Part shown: one piece after another, positions 9,811-18,552 of the stretch
Layout: each line of letters opens with the position of its first letter
Numbering within the stretch: the stretch's first letter is position 1
DNA from: Dehalococcoidia bacterium
Lineage (GTDB): Bacteria > Chloroflexota > Dehalococcoidia > Lucifugimonadales > UBA2962
Direction of reading: 5' to 3'
Length of the DNA stretch: 64,000 nt
Assembly: GCA_965207145.1 (NCBI GenBank)
Contig: OZ242262.1
Location: 1,352,827-1,416,826, forward strand
The notes under the pieces: generated by a model
The model's input: only the letters and a program-made list of their open reading frames with translations
Told to the model about the DNA's origin: nothing
Database searches by the model: none
Position numbers and translations under genes: made by a program

Positions 9811-10608
9811 TTGCTGCTCGTCGTTCTTATTGCAGGCTTATTCGCCGGCCTGGTGTCGGGTGTGGCGGGTATGGGGGTAGCCATAGCGGCCCTGCCGGTC
9901 CTGCTGTACGGTCCGGAGCTGTTCGGCATCGAGCCCCTGTCGGTGAAGGAGGTGACCGGCCTGACCGTCGTGCAGAGCTTTGCCAGCGGCGCCGTCAACA
10001 TCGTCCGCCACAGGTCCGCCGGTTACGTGCACCGACCTCTGGTGCTCTGGGTCGGGCTGCCTGCCGGTGCGCTCGCTTTGGGCGGGGCACTGGCATCCAC
10101 GTTTCTGCCAGACGCGGCGATCCTGGCGACGATGGTGGGCATGGCGTTGGCTGCCGCAGCGGTAATGCTATCTCCCAGCATTCTGAGGGGGCGGGCCAGC
10201 GGGCCTGGCGACGACGGATGGTCAGGCGAATCCGAGCCGCCCGATGTCGATAGGGTTAGAGCACTTACCGTGGGCGCCGTCGTGGGGGGAGTGGGCGGCA
10301 TCTCGGGCCTTCCGGGCGCGTTCTTGATGGTGCCGCTACTCATATTTGGACTGGGGATACCGACAAGGCTGGCGATCGGCAGCAATCTTGGAATCATGCT
10401 GTTCGCTTCGGGCGCCGCATTCATCGGCAAACTGGGTGGCACCCTGGTACCTGCGGTCCCGGCCCTTGTGATAGTCGGCAGCACAATGGTCGCGACACTG
10501 CTGGGGTTCGAGATCAACCGGCGACTGAGCGCCCGACATCTCAGGTGGCTGCTGGGCGCGCTGGTAGCGGCAACCGCGGTACGGGTGCTCTTGGACTTGC
10601 TCGGCTAG
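9811..10608 (+). CDS. TauE/SafE-family (sulfite exporter-like) membrane protein
   Basis: A polytopic Gly/Ala-rich membrane protein with 'GLVSGVAGMG' and a duplicated half, typical of TauE/SafE. TTG start as called; the exact start is uncertain. Confidence 0.7.
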   Translation: MLLVVLIAGLFAGLVSGVAGMGVAIAALPVLLYGPELFGIEPLSVKEVTGLTVVQSFASGAVNIVRHRSAGYVHRPLVLWVGLPAGALALGGALASTFLPDAAILATMVGMALAAAAVMLSPSILRGRASGPGDDGWSGESEPPDVDRVRALTVGAVVGGVGGISGLPGAFLMVPLLIFGLGIPTRLAIGSNLGIMLFASGAAFIGKLGGTLVPAVPALVIVGSTMVATLLGFEINRRLSARHLRWLLGALVAATAVRVLLDLLG

Positions 10609-10743
10609 GGGAGCGATACCCGCGCGGAGGGTAGGATCGGCCCTCCATGTTCGAGGGGCGTGAGAGCGCGGTAAGAGACCTCAGCTTGGCTCGAATGGCC
10701 CTGGAGGGACCCGGCCTGGCCGAAAAGCGGCTGTCTGGAAAAC

Positions 10744-11055
10744 TCAACGCAGCGGCATCCTGACGGCCCGCTCCAGGTTGGAAAGGTAGTCGCTGAAGGC
10801 GCGGCGCCCCTCTGGCGTTGCCTCCACCCAGGTGCGAGGCTTGGCCTTTAGGAATTCCTTGGTGGTGGCAACAAATCCCGCCTCCTCAAGCTTACGGAGA
10901 TGGATGGTGAGGTTGCCGCCGGTCAGGTCCAGAGTCTTCTGGATGAAACCGTAGGCCAGCCGGTCGGTCTCGGATTGGTGCGCCAGCATGGTCATGATGC
11001 GGAGCCGGGTGGATTGGTGGATCGTTTCGTCTAGGACGATCGGACCGTCTTTCAT
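10744..11055 (-). CDS. Winged-helix transcriptional regulator
   Basis: Only the last 103 codons of the 316-aa ORF look real: 'MKDGPIVLDETIHQSTRLRIMTMLA...LDLTGGNLTIHLRKLEEAGFVATTKE...W'. The ATG at 11055 overlaps the upstream gene's stop by 4 nt (ATGA). Confidence 0.7.
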   Translation of the reverse strand: MKDGPIVLDETIHQSTRLRIMTMLAHQSETDRLAYGFIQKTLDLTGGNLTIHLRKLEEAGFVATTKEFLKAKPRTWVEATPEGRRAFSDYLSNLERAVRMPLR

Positions 11056-11687
11056 GCGGTGCCGCTCCTGCGAATCCAGACCCAGGCTATGGCCACCACC
11101 ACCACCATCATCGCGGCAGATACAACCAGCGCGGCGTCGCCAGCAAAGTGGTCTGGAATATAGAAAGCCGCAGCTATGCCCAGCCCCACGAGGGCGATCG
11201 CCGGGTGGTGCATGATGCCGAAGAGGATGTACCCCAGCGACACGATCCCAATGGCGATACCGCCGATCGCCTTGCCGTCGGCCTCTGCGGTCCACAGCCC
11301 GGATGCAGCCGGGACTATGAAGGCGGCCGCCACAACCGAAATCCAGAACGCGAATACTCGCAGGCCCACGCTGGTGGCGGTGGGACCTGCGGCGTTGTCG
11401 CGGCTGGCCCGGTACCCGATCATGGAGCTTGCGACCATGCCCACAAGGCCCAGGCCGCCCCACAGGGGTCCCGGAAACCACGGGAAGTCCTCGGCAAAAC
11501 CGGTCGCGTGGGTGTCCACGGCAAACTGCGCAACGAAACCGATGGCGACGATGGCGCCCCACATCAGCATGATGGTCGGCCATCCGGCCACGTACATCGA
11601 ACTCCGGGACCTTTCCAGGGTCGCCTGTATCGACTCCCAACCCTCGTTGGGACTTATCCGTTCTCTTTTGACCTCTCCGCCCTGCAT
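11052..11687 (-). CDS. Hypothetical multi-pass membrane protein co-transcribed with the wHTH regulator
   Basis: 211 aa with about 6 hydrophobic helices. It shows 4-nt translational coupling to the regulator. No family recognised. Confidence 0.6.
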   Translation of the reverse strand: MQGGEVKRERISPNEGWESIQATLERSRSSMYVAGWPTIMLMWGAIVAIGFVAQFAVDTHATGFAEDFPWFPGPLWGGLGLVGMVASSMIGYRASRDNAAGPTATSVGLRVFAFWISVVAAAFIVPAASGLWTAEADGKAIGGIAIGIVSLGYILFGIMHHPAIALVGLGIAAAFYIPDHFAGDAALVVSAAMMVVVVAIAWVWIRRSGTA

Positions 11688-12066
11688 GCATCACCTCGTA
11701 TTTTGTCGCTACAAACTAGTTTATAACACAAACTCATAGGGTTGAAAAGTACGTTGGTAGGCTGACTGCCGGTCCTCGCGTTCAGATTGGTCGATCGGCC
11801 AAGGGCCTGCTGCCCCGGACTCGCGGCCGTGAGGGTGGATGGCCATCGTGGGCATCGGATTCGAAATCGATCAGATAAATCGGCTCAAATGTCAGCAAAC
11901 CACCGGTTGCTGAATCTTTTGTGCAATAATGCGCGCGGGACTCGATCGGTGCCAAAGCGGTGCGAGAACGGCCTGTCGGCTGGCGGGTCCCTTCTGCAGA
12001 GCCTGGCAGGCCCTTTCGGTCCGCAACCGTGCCGGTTGGTCTGGACTAGTTAGGGAGGTCGGGACC

Positions 12067-13818
12067 ATGAAGCGACTCTTGATCGTTTTGGCATGTACCC
12101 TCGTCGGCTCAATCGCCGCGGCGGCATGCGCGGGCGAAACCGAGGTTGTGGAGAAGATCGTCGAGGTGCCGGTGGTGGAGGAGGTGGTCAAGGAGGTTGA
12201 GGTCGAGAAGATCGTCGAGGTGGAAAAGGAGGTGGTGAGGGAGATCGAGGTCGAAAGGGTAGTTGAGGTCGAGGTCGAAAAGCTCCTCATCGCCACGCCC
12301 ACCCCGCCTCCGGCGACGGGCGAGCCTCAATTCGGCGGCACACTGAGGATCGTCGCGCAGGCCAGCATAAACAGCCTGGATCCTGCCCACGACGGGGCCT
12401 ACGTGGCCGTCGCGGTGGGCTCCCATATGTTCGAGGGGCCTCTCGGTTGGGACCTCAATCTGGCTGATGGCCCCCGGATGGCCGATGAGTGGAGGATCAG
12501 CGACGACGGTCTCACTTGGACCTTCACCTTGCGGCCCGGGATGATGTTCCACAACGGTGAGCCGGTCACCGCACAGGACGTGGTGACCTCCTTCGGGCGC
12601 TACCTGAACGGTGCGCATTCGACGGCCACGCTGATGCATGAGTTCACAGACAACGAGAACCAGTTCACCGTCATCGACGATCTCTCGTTCGACGTGAACC
12701 TGGTCACACCCTACGGGGCCGTGGCTGCAGGCATTGCCAGGCCCTTCGGCAGCGTCTACGTCATGCCCCACAGCCTCATTCATTCCACGACTCACACCGC
12801 GCCGACGCCCGAGTACGTGGGGTCGGGTGCATACGAGTACGAGGACTGGAGGCAGGGCGACAGGGTGACCCTGAAGCGGTTCGAAGGCTACGTTGCCAGG
12901 GGCGAGGCGAACAGCCTTTACACCGGAAAACAGACCGCCTACATAGACACCCTCATATGGCTGGAGATCCCGGACGAAGAGACCAAGATCGCCGGCCTGG
13001 AAACGGGAGAGTGGGACATTGTGGACGGTGCGGGACTTGATTTCTTCAAGCGACTCAATGAGGACCCCGACTTTGTGGTGCCCGTGTACAAGCCCGGTCA
13101 TCGATCGGACTTTCGCCCGTGGGCCGGTTTCCCGCCCTTTGACGACCTCCTAGCCAGGAGAGCCCTCCAGGTTGGAATGGACATCGAGGCGACGATGTTC
13201 GCCCTGGGCGGCAGGGACCTCTGGGATCTGTGCCCCGCCGTCTTCTACTGTGGCACCCCGCTTGAGACCGACATAGGCGCCGACCAGTACTACAACCTCA
13301 ATGACAAGGAGCTGGCGCGCGAATTGGTCGCCCAATCGTCCTATGACGGTGAGACCGTCGTACTGCTCAACCCCAGCGACTACGCCACCATCACCCCGGT
13401 GGGCATCGTGGTAAAGCAGGAAATAGAGGATATGGGGTTCAACGTCGAGCAGCCGGCCCTGGACTGGGCGACGGTCATAAGCACCTTCGGCGAAGAACGC
13501 AGCACCAGATACGCCGGTCTGACGGCCTGGGCGTCCCACTGGTGCTGCGGTGAGCCGCTCAGCGACTTCTATCTGGACGGCGACGGGTGGTTCACGGCCA
13601 AGATCCCCGAGCTGAAGCGACTCCGGATCGAGTACGCTCAGGCCACCGACCAGGCGGAAAGATTCGCGATCGCAGAGCAGCTTCAGCTCGAGGCATACAA
13701 GAACGTGGTGATCGTCTACCTGGGCACCTGGTACGCGATATTCCCTCACACGACGGCACTCAAGAACTTCCAGGTCAAGGCGTTCCCCTACTATGCGAAC
13801 GTCTGGCTCGAACGCTAG
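12067..13818 (+). CDS. ABC transporter substrate-binding lipoprotein, family 5 (peptide/nickel, DppA/OppA-like)
   Basis: GGGAGG lies upstream of the ATG at 12067. Lipobox 'LACTLVGSIAAAAC', then a Glu/Val-rich tether. The mature part begins 'PQFGGTLRIVAQASINSLDP', typical of SBP_bac_5. The upstream 46 codons of the listed ORF are probably not translated. Confidence 0.85.
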   Translation: MKRLLIVLACTLVGSIAAAACAGETEVVEKIVEVPVVEEVVKEVEVEKIVEVEKEVVREIEVERVVEVEVEKLLIATPTPPPATGEPQFGGTLRIVAQASINSLDPAHDGAYVAVAVGSHMFEGPLGWDLNLADGPRMADEWRISDDGLTWTFTLRPGMMFHNGEPVTAQDVVTSFGRYLNGAHSTATLMHEFTDNENQFTVIDDLSFDVNLVTPYGAVAAGIARPFGSVYVMPHSLIHSTTHTAPTPEYVGSGAYEYEDWRQGDRVTLKRFEGYVARGEANSLYTGKQTAYIDTLIWLEIPDEETKIAGLETGEWDIVDGAGLDFFKRLNEDPDFVVPVYKPGHRSDFRPWAGFPPFDDLLARRALQVGMDIEATMFALGGRDLWDLCPAVFYCGTPLETDIGADQYYNLNDKELARELVAQSSYDGETVVLLNPSDYATITPVGIVVKQEIEDMGFNVEQPALDWATVISTFGEERSTRYAGLTAWASHWCCGEPLSDFYLDGDGWFTAKIPELKRLRIEYAQATDQAERFAIAEQLQLEAYKNVVIVYLGTWYAIFPHTTALKNFQVKAFPYYANVWLER

Positions 13819-13833
13819 GCGAGGTGGCGTAAT

Positions 13834-15768
13834 GTGAAAAAGGCGGTGAGGGTCACGTATGACGTCCGCGTGCCAATGTCGGACGGAGTGCAGTTGGCCG
13901 GTAACCTCTACCGCCCCGATGCCCCCGGGCCGTTCCCCGCCATCCTGACGTATATCCCATACCTTAAGGATGGCTTCGGCGGCCTGGGGGGCATGGAACC
14001 CTACCAGCGTCACTTCGCATCCAGGGGATACGCTGTCATGCAGCTTGACTTCCGTGGAGTGGGGAGTTCCGAAGGCGTCAATCCATATCCGTTTGACCCC
14101 AGGGAGCGCCTCGATGTCCACGAGGCCGTCGAGTGGATGGCCGCACAGCCCTGGTGCGACGGTGCGGTGGGTATGTGGGGCCTCTCATACGGGGGCATAA
14201 CCGCAATAGCCGCGGCTACAACGCGTCCTCCCCACCTTAAGGCGATCGTCCCCGTCCACGCCACCGATGACAACTGGAGCGCGATGTTCGTGCACCGCGG
14301 CTCCCGCCTTATGCTGCTGGCCGATCCCCACTGGGGTCCGGGGATGACGGCCAACAACCTCCTGCCACCGCTGCGGTCGGACGGTACACCGGACTGGATC
14401 GAGCGCTGGTACGAGCGCCTGGAAGGCAATACCCTTTGGCACCTTGCATGGCACGGCGAACCGCCGACGCCGGACTACTTGGAGCGTCAGAAGGCGGACG
14501 CTAGCCTCATCGATATCCCGATGCTTGGAATATGCGGATGGCATGATGCCTACCCCGAGGACATGTTCCGCGTATTCGAGCAGGCCCGCGGCCCGAAGAG
14601 GATCATTTTCGGCCCCTGGAAGCACGTGTTTCCCGACCAGACGTCCGTTGAGCCCGTCGATTTCGTGGCGGAGATGGACAGGTGGTGGGACAGGTGGCTA
14701 AAGGGTGAACAGAACGGCGTCGAAACCGAGCCGCCGGTGACCATCTACGTCCAGGGGGCAGGGCGGTGGAGAGACGAGTTGGAGTGGCCTATCCTCCGCA
14801 CCCGTAGCGAGACCTTATTCGCCGCCATGGGAGGAGGGCTGGCGCCGGAGCCGTCCGGCGAAAGCCCGCGGGCCGAAGTGTACGAGTATGACGCCAGGGT
14901 GGGCCTGGCGTCGGCGGCCTACGATTCGATTCTCGACCCAATAGACTACCCGGCCGACCAGACATCGGATGACCTCGGCTCTCTTCGTTACGATTCCGCC
15001 GCCCTGGAGGCGCCAATAGAGGTCACGGGACAGCCGTCAGTGACGCTGTTCTTCAGCACGGATGCGCCACTGGAAGAGGTGGACCTCGTTGCCAAGCTTG
15101 TAGATGTAACCCCGGACGGCCATTCGTATCTGGTGACCTTCGACAGCCTGCAGGCCTCCCAGGCCGATCCGGCTGGCCGCTGCGACAATGGCGAAGTCTA
15201 CGCAGCCACCATCCCGCTGAGGCCGACTTCGTACGAGTTCGGGGCCGGGCATAGAGTCCGCCTGTGCATCTCCGGCGCCAACTTTCCTGCGATCTGGCCG
15301 ACCCCCCGCCGCTACTCTCTATCGGTCTATACGGGCGCGCCATATGCCACGGAGTTGGTGCTCCCCACGGTCCCTCCCCAGGCGCCGGCTCTGCCTCCGC
15401 CCGGCCTGACCGTCATTTCGGATCCGGTGAGGCCCAGTGATGCGCTGCTCGACAGGGGCACCGCCTACTCGGTCGAGCGTGACCTTGTTGCCCGAGCCTG
15501 CTCCCTACACGGGAGGCGATGGGTACAGTTGCAGGTCGAGCCACACGTCCTATACTCCAACCACCAGGAGTTTTCACTGGATGTGGACGCTGATCACCCT
15601 GACCGTGCGAGCACCTCGACCAAAGCGATAGCCAGGCTCGATCGGCCAACCGGCGCTGTCGAGGTCCGCGTGCATAGTCAGACCACGCTTCGTGCCCTGT
15701 CAATAAGGGCCGAGATAGACCTGGACGGAAGTCTCTTCTGGGAACGCAGTTGGCAGAAGCGATGGTAG
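13834..15768 (+). CDS. CocE/NonD-family hydrolase (S15 X-Pro dipeptidyl-peptidase-like)
   Basis: N-terminus 'VPMSDGVQLAGNLYRPD..GPFPAILTYIPY', nucleophile elbow 'GMWGLSYGG', and a C-terminal jelly-roll region. GTG start 13 nt after the SBP stop. Confidence 0.85.
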   Translation: MKKAVRVTYDVRVPMSDGVQLAGNLYRPDAPGPFPAILTYIPYLKDGFGGLGGMEPYQRHFASRGYAVMQLDFRGVGSSEGVNPYPFDPRERLDVHEAVEWMAAQPWCDGAVGMWGLSYGGITAIAAATTRPPHLKAIVPVHATDDNWSAMFVHRGSRLMLLADPHWGPGMTANNLLPPLRSDGTPDWIERWYERLEGNTLWHLAWHGEPPTPDYLERQKADASLIDIPMLGICGWHDAYPEDMFRVFEQARGPKRIIFGPWKHVFPDQTSVEPVDFVAEMDRWWDRWLKGEQNGVETEPPVTIYVQGAGRWRDELEWPILRTRSETLFAAMGGGLAPEPSGESPRAEVYEYDARVGLASAAYDSILDPIDYPADQTSDDLGSLRYDSAALEAPIEVTGQPSVTLFFSTDAPLEEVDLVAKLVDVTPDGHSYLVTFDSLQASQADPAGRCDNGEVYAATIPLRPTSYEFGAGHRVRLCISGANFPAIWPTPRRYSLSVYTGAPYATELVLPTVPPQAPALPPPGLTVISDPVRPSDALLDRGTAYSVERDLVARACSLHGRRWVQLQVEPHVLYSNHQEFSLDVDADHPDRASTSTKAIARLDRPTGAVEVRVHSQTTLRALSIRAEIDLDGSLFWERSWQKRW

Positions 15769-15836
15769 AAAGTCGCCGAGCCAACTGTTCGTTGCTGGTG
15801 TAGGGAGAACGCCCTCCGCCCCGGGGATTTCACGGA

Positions 15837-16589
15837 ATGAGGAATTCTGCTATGCGGACAGGTCGCATTAGGCTACTCACCCTGTTTTGCGTGCTCGTAG
15901 CCGCCAGCCCAATGGTGCTCATGGCGGCCTGCGGATCAGCGGCTTCGCCACAGCCCCAGGAGTTGCCGACGCCGGAGGGAACGGCGATCAGGGGCACCCC
16001 TGTCCCTACTATCGGCGGCACGATCGGCGGCTGTGAATTAGGGCCGAAGGCCGATTGTCCCGGAGCCGATTTCAGCGATCAGGATCTTGGAGAGATCGTC
16101 CTGGGGTGGGGGCAGCTCGATGAATCCGGGAGGGAGGGGGCTGACCTGAGCGAGGCAAACCTCCGGGGTGCCCAGTTCGTCGCAACCAACCTTGAAGGGA
16201 TCGTGTTTGAGAGTGCCGACCTGAGAGAGGCCAACTTCCGTCTCGCCAACCTCGCCAATGCGTCGCTGTTCGGCGCCGATGCCAGCGGTGCCGACTTTAC
16301 ACGGGCGACGCTGGAGAGCGGCGAGTTCAAGGACGCAGACCTGAGCGGCGCCAACTTCAGCGGCGCGGTGATGAAGGGAGGGGACTTCACCCGTGCCAAC
16401 CTCTCAGGTGCGAACCTCCGAGGAGTTTCACTTCTGGGCGCGTTTCTCACCGACGCCGATCTCAGCGGTGCCGATCTGACCGATGCCAACCTCACATTCG
16501 CCGACGTAAGCGGAACGAACTTCGAAGGCGTCATCTTCTGCAATACGAAGATGGCGGACGGCAAGGTCAACAGCGAGGGATGTCCCTAG
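15837..16589 (+). CDS. Secreted pentapeptide-repeat lipoprotein, copy 1
   Basis: Lipobox 'LMAAC', a Pro-rich tether and 'GGCELGPKADCPGADFS'. About 25 A(D/N)LxGAxL-type pentapeptide units follow ('ADLSGANFSGAVMKGGDFTRANLSGANLRG'). C-terminal 'FCNTKMADGKVNSEGCP'. Confidence 0.85.
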   Translation: MRNSAMRTGRIRLLTLFCVLVAASPMVLMAACGSAASPQPQELPTPEGTAIRGTPVPTIGGTIGGCELGPKADCPGADFSDQDLGEIVLGWGQLDESGREGADLSEANLRGAQFVATNLEGIVFESADLREANFRLANLANASLFGADASGADFTRATLESGEFKDADLSGANFSGAVMKGGDFTRANLSGANLRGVSLLGAFLTDADLSGADLTDANLTFADVSGTNFEGVIFCNTKMADGKVNSEGCP

Positions 16590-16770
16590 GCCGCCGGCAC
16601 CCGGCAGCCACCTGCCTCCCGCTTGGCGCGCCTTCTATTAGGAGCCGAGATAGACCTGAGGGCAGACTCTCTTGGGAGCGTAGCCGCCGAGAGCCGTGGT
16701 AGACGACGCTGGTACTACCTGATCTCTGTTGGTACAGAGTAATCGTCCTCCGACCCGGGGGTTTCACGGA

Positions 16771-17526
16771 ATGAGGAACACCTCCTCGTGGACAGGTTGC
16801 ATTAGGCTACTTACCTTGCTTTGCCTATTAATAGCCGCCAGCCCAATGGTGCTCATGGCGGCCTGCGGATCAGCGGCTTCGCCACAGCCCCAGGAGTTGC
16901 CGACGCCGGAGGGAACGGCGATCAGGGGCACGCCTGTCCCTACTATCGGCGGCACGATCGGCGGCTGCGAATTAGGGCCGAAGGCCGATTGTCCCGGAGC
17001 CGATTTCAGCGATCAGGATCTTGGAGAGATCGTGCTGGGCCGCCGCCACCATCACGCCGAATCCGGGAGGGAGGGGGCCGACCTGAGAGAGGCAAACCTC
17101 CGGGGTGCCCAGTTCGTCGCATCCAACCTTGAAGGGATCGTGTTTGAGAGTGCTGACCTGAGAGAGGTCAACTTCCGTCGCGCCAACCTCGCCAATGCGT
17201 CGCTGTTCGGCGCCGATGCCAGCGGTGCCGACTTTACACGGGCGACGCTGGAGAGCGGCGAGTTCAAGGATGCAGACCTGAGCGGTGCCAACTTCAGCGG
17301 CGCGGTGATGAAGGGAGGAGACTTCACGCGTGCCGACCTTTCCGGGGCGAACCTTAGAGGAGTTTCGCTCTTGGGCGCGTTCCTCACTGACGCCGATCTC
17401 AGCGGTGCCGATCTGACCGATGCCAACCTCACATTCGCCGACATAAGCGGCACGAACTTCGAAGGCGCCATTTTCTGCAATACGAAGATGGCAGACGGCA
17501 AGGTCAATAGCGAGGGCTGTCCCTAG
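16771..17526 (+). CDS. Secreted pentapeptide-repeat lipoprotein, copy 2
   Basis: Paralog of copy 1. The ATG at 16771 is homologous to the starts of copies 1 and 3; the listed ORF start at 16729 is an upstream extension. It differs mainly in the patch 'LGRRHHHAESG'. Confidence 0.85.
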   Translation: MRNTSSWTGCIRLLTLLCLLIAASPMVLMAACGSAASPQPQELPTPEGTAIRGTPVPTIGGTIGGCELGPKADCPGADFSDQDLGEIVLGRRHHHAESGREGADLREANLRGAQFVASNLEGIVFESADLREVNFRRANLANASLFGADASGADFTRATLESGEFKDADLSGANFSGAVMKGGDFTRADLSGANLRGVSLLGAFLTDADLSGADLTDANLTFADISGTNFEGAIFCNTKMADGKVNSEGCP

Positions 17527-17699
17527 GCCGCCGGCACCCGGCAGCCACCTGCCTCCGGCTTTTTCTATAGGGGCCGATACAGGCCTGGATGGCAGGCTCT
17601 CTTGGGAGCGCAGCCGCCGAGAGCCGTGGTAGACGACGCTGATATTATCTGATTGCTGTTGGTATAGAGTAATCGTCCTCTGGCCGGGAGGTTAACGGA

Positions 17700-18452
17700 A
17701 TGAGGAACTCTTCCTCTTGGACAGGTCGCATTAGGCTACTTACCTTACTTTGCCTAGTAATAGCCGCCAGCCCAATGGTGCTCATGGCGGCCTGCGGATC
17801 AGCGGCTGCGCCACAGCCAGAGGAGGAGCCGACGCCAGAAGAATCGCCAATCATCGGCACCCCTGTTCCTACAATCGGCGGCACGATCGGCGGCTGCGAG
17901 ATAGGACCGAAGGCTGACTGCCCTGGAGCCGATTTCAGCAACCAGGACCTTGGAGAGATCGTCTTGGGGTGGCAGCAGAAAGACGACTACGGCAGGGATG
18001 CCGCTGACCTTAAGGAGGCCAACCTTCGCGGTGCCCAGTTCATAGCCTCCAACCTCGAGGGAATACTGTTTGAGAGTGCGGATTTGAGGGAGGCCAACTT
18101 CCGTCTCGCCAACCTGACCAATGCGTCGCTGTTCGGCGCCGATGCAAGCGGTTCCGACTTTACGCGGGCGACGCTGGAGAGCGGCGAGTTCAAGGACGCC
18201 AACCTAAGCGGCGCCAACTTCAGCGGTGCGGTGATGAAGGGAGGGGACTTCACCCGCGCCGACCTTTCCGGGGCGAACCTCAGAGGAGTCTCGCTTCTCG
18301 GAGCGTTCCTCACCGACGCTGATCTCAGTGGTGCCGATCTGACCGATGCCAACCTCACATTCGCCGACGTAAGCGGAACGAACTTCGAAGGCGCCATCTT
18401 CTGCAATACGAAGATGGCGGACGGCAAGGTCAACAGCGAGGGCTGTCCCTAG
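17700..18452 (+). CDS. Secreted pentapeptide-repeat lipoprotein, copy 3
   Basis: Same architecture. It is more diverged in the tether ('PQPEEEPTPEESPIIG') and in the patch 'LGWQQKDDYGRDA'. Confidence 0.85.
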   Translation: MRNSSSWTGRIRLLTLLCLVIAASPMVLMAACGSAAAPQPEEEPTPEESPIIGTPVPTIGGTIGGCEIGPKADCPGADFSNQDLGEIVLGWQQKDDYGRDAADLKEANLRGAQFIASNLEGILFESADLREANFRLANLTNASLFGADASGSDFTRATLESGEFKDANLSGANFSGAVMKGGDFTRADLSGANLRGVSLLGAFLTDADLSGADLTDANLTFADVSGTNFEGAIFCNTKMADGKVNSEGCP

Positions 18453-18552
18453 GCCGCCGGCACCCGGCGGCCGCCTTTCACCAAGGTCGGGCCCGCTGAG
18501 ACCCCGTGGAGCTGAGGCTGGCGACCGACATGGCCCGGTCCCCGGACCCGAT

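Larger units (their letters stand above)
15702..18475 (+). repeat. Tandem DNA repeat of about 930 bp, about 3 copies, each carrying one pentapeptide-repeat lipoprotein gene plus a relic of the CocE/NonD 3' end
   Basis: Gene starts at 15837, 16771 and 17700 give periods of 934 and 929 bp. Copies 1 and 2 are near-identical over long stretches. All three stops are followed by 'taggccgccggcacccggc'. Spacers at 16636-16703 and 17565-17633 align to 15702-15768. Confidence 0.9.

Noticed and set aside
10744-11694. 316-aa ORF as a single gene
   Set aside because: Its first ~210 codons are Arg/Gly/His-rich and overlap, in another frame, the much more protein-like 211-aa membrane ORF (11052-11687). Only the last 103 codons, the winged-helix regulator, look real.
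11929-12066. Upstream extensions of listed ORFs: 11929 for the SBP, 16729 for pentapeptide copy 2, 31455 for DctP, 41567 for the Cache protein, 53757 for the methyltransferase, 40773 for VapC
   Set aside because: In each case an internal start is immediately followed by a signal peptide and lipobox or a family-typical N-terminus. That start is also preceded by a purine-rich RBS or by 4-nt coupling. The extensions are Arg-rich or lack an RBS.
16640-16730. TPP-riboswitch-like words ('cctgagg', 'acctgatct') in the first pentapeptide spacer
   Set aside because: The first part is explained by homology to the CocE/NonD 3' end. The 'acctgatct' word is not conserved in the second spacer ('attatctgatt'). 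No THI-box pairing scheme could be built.
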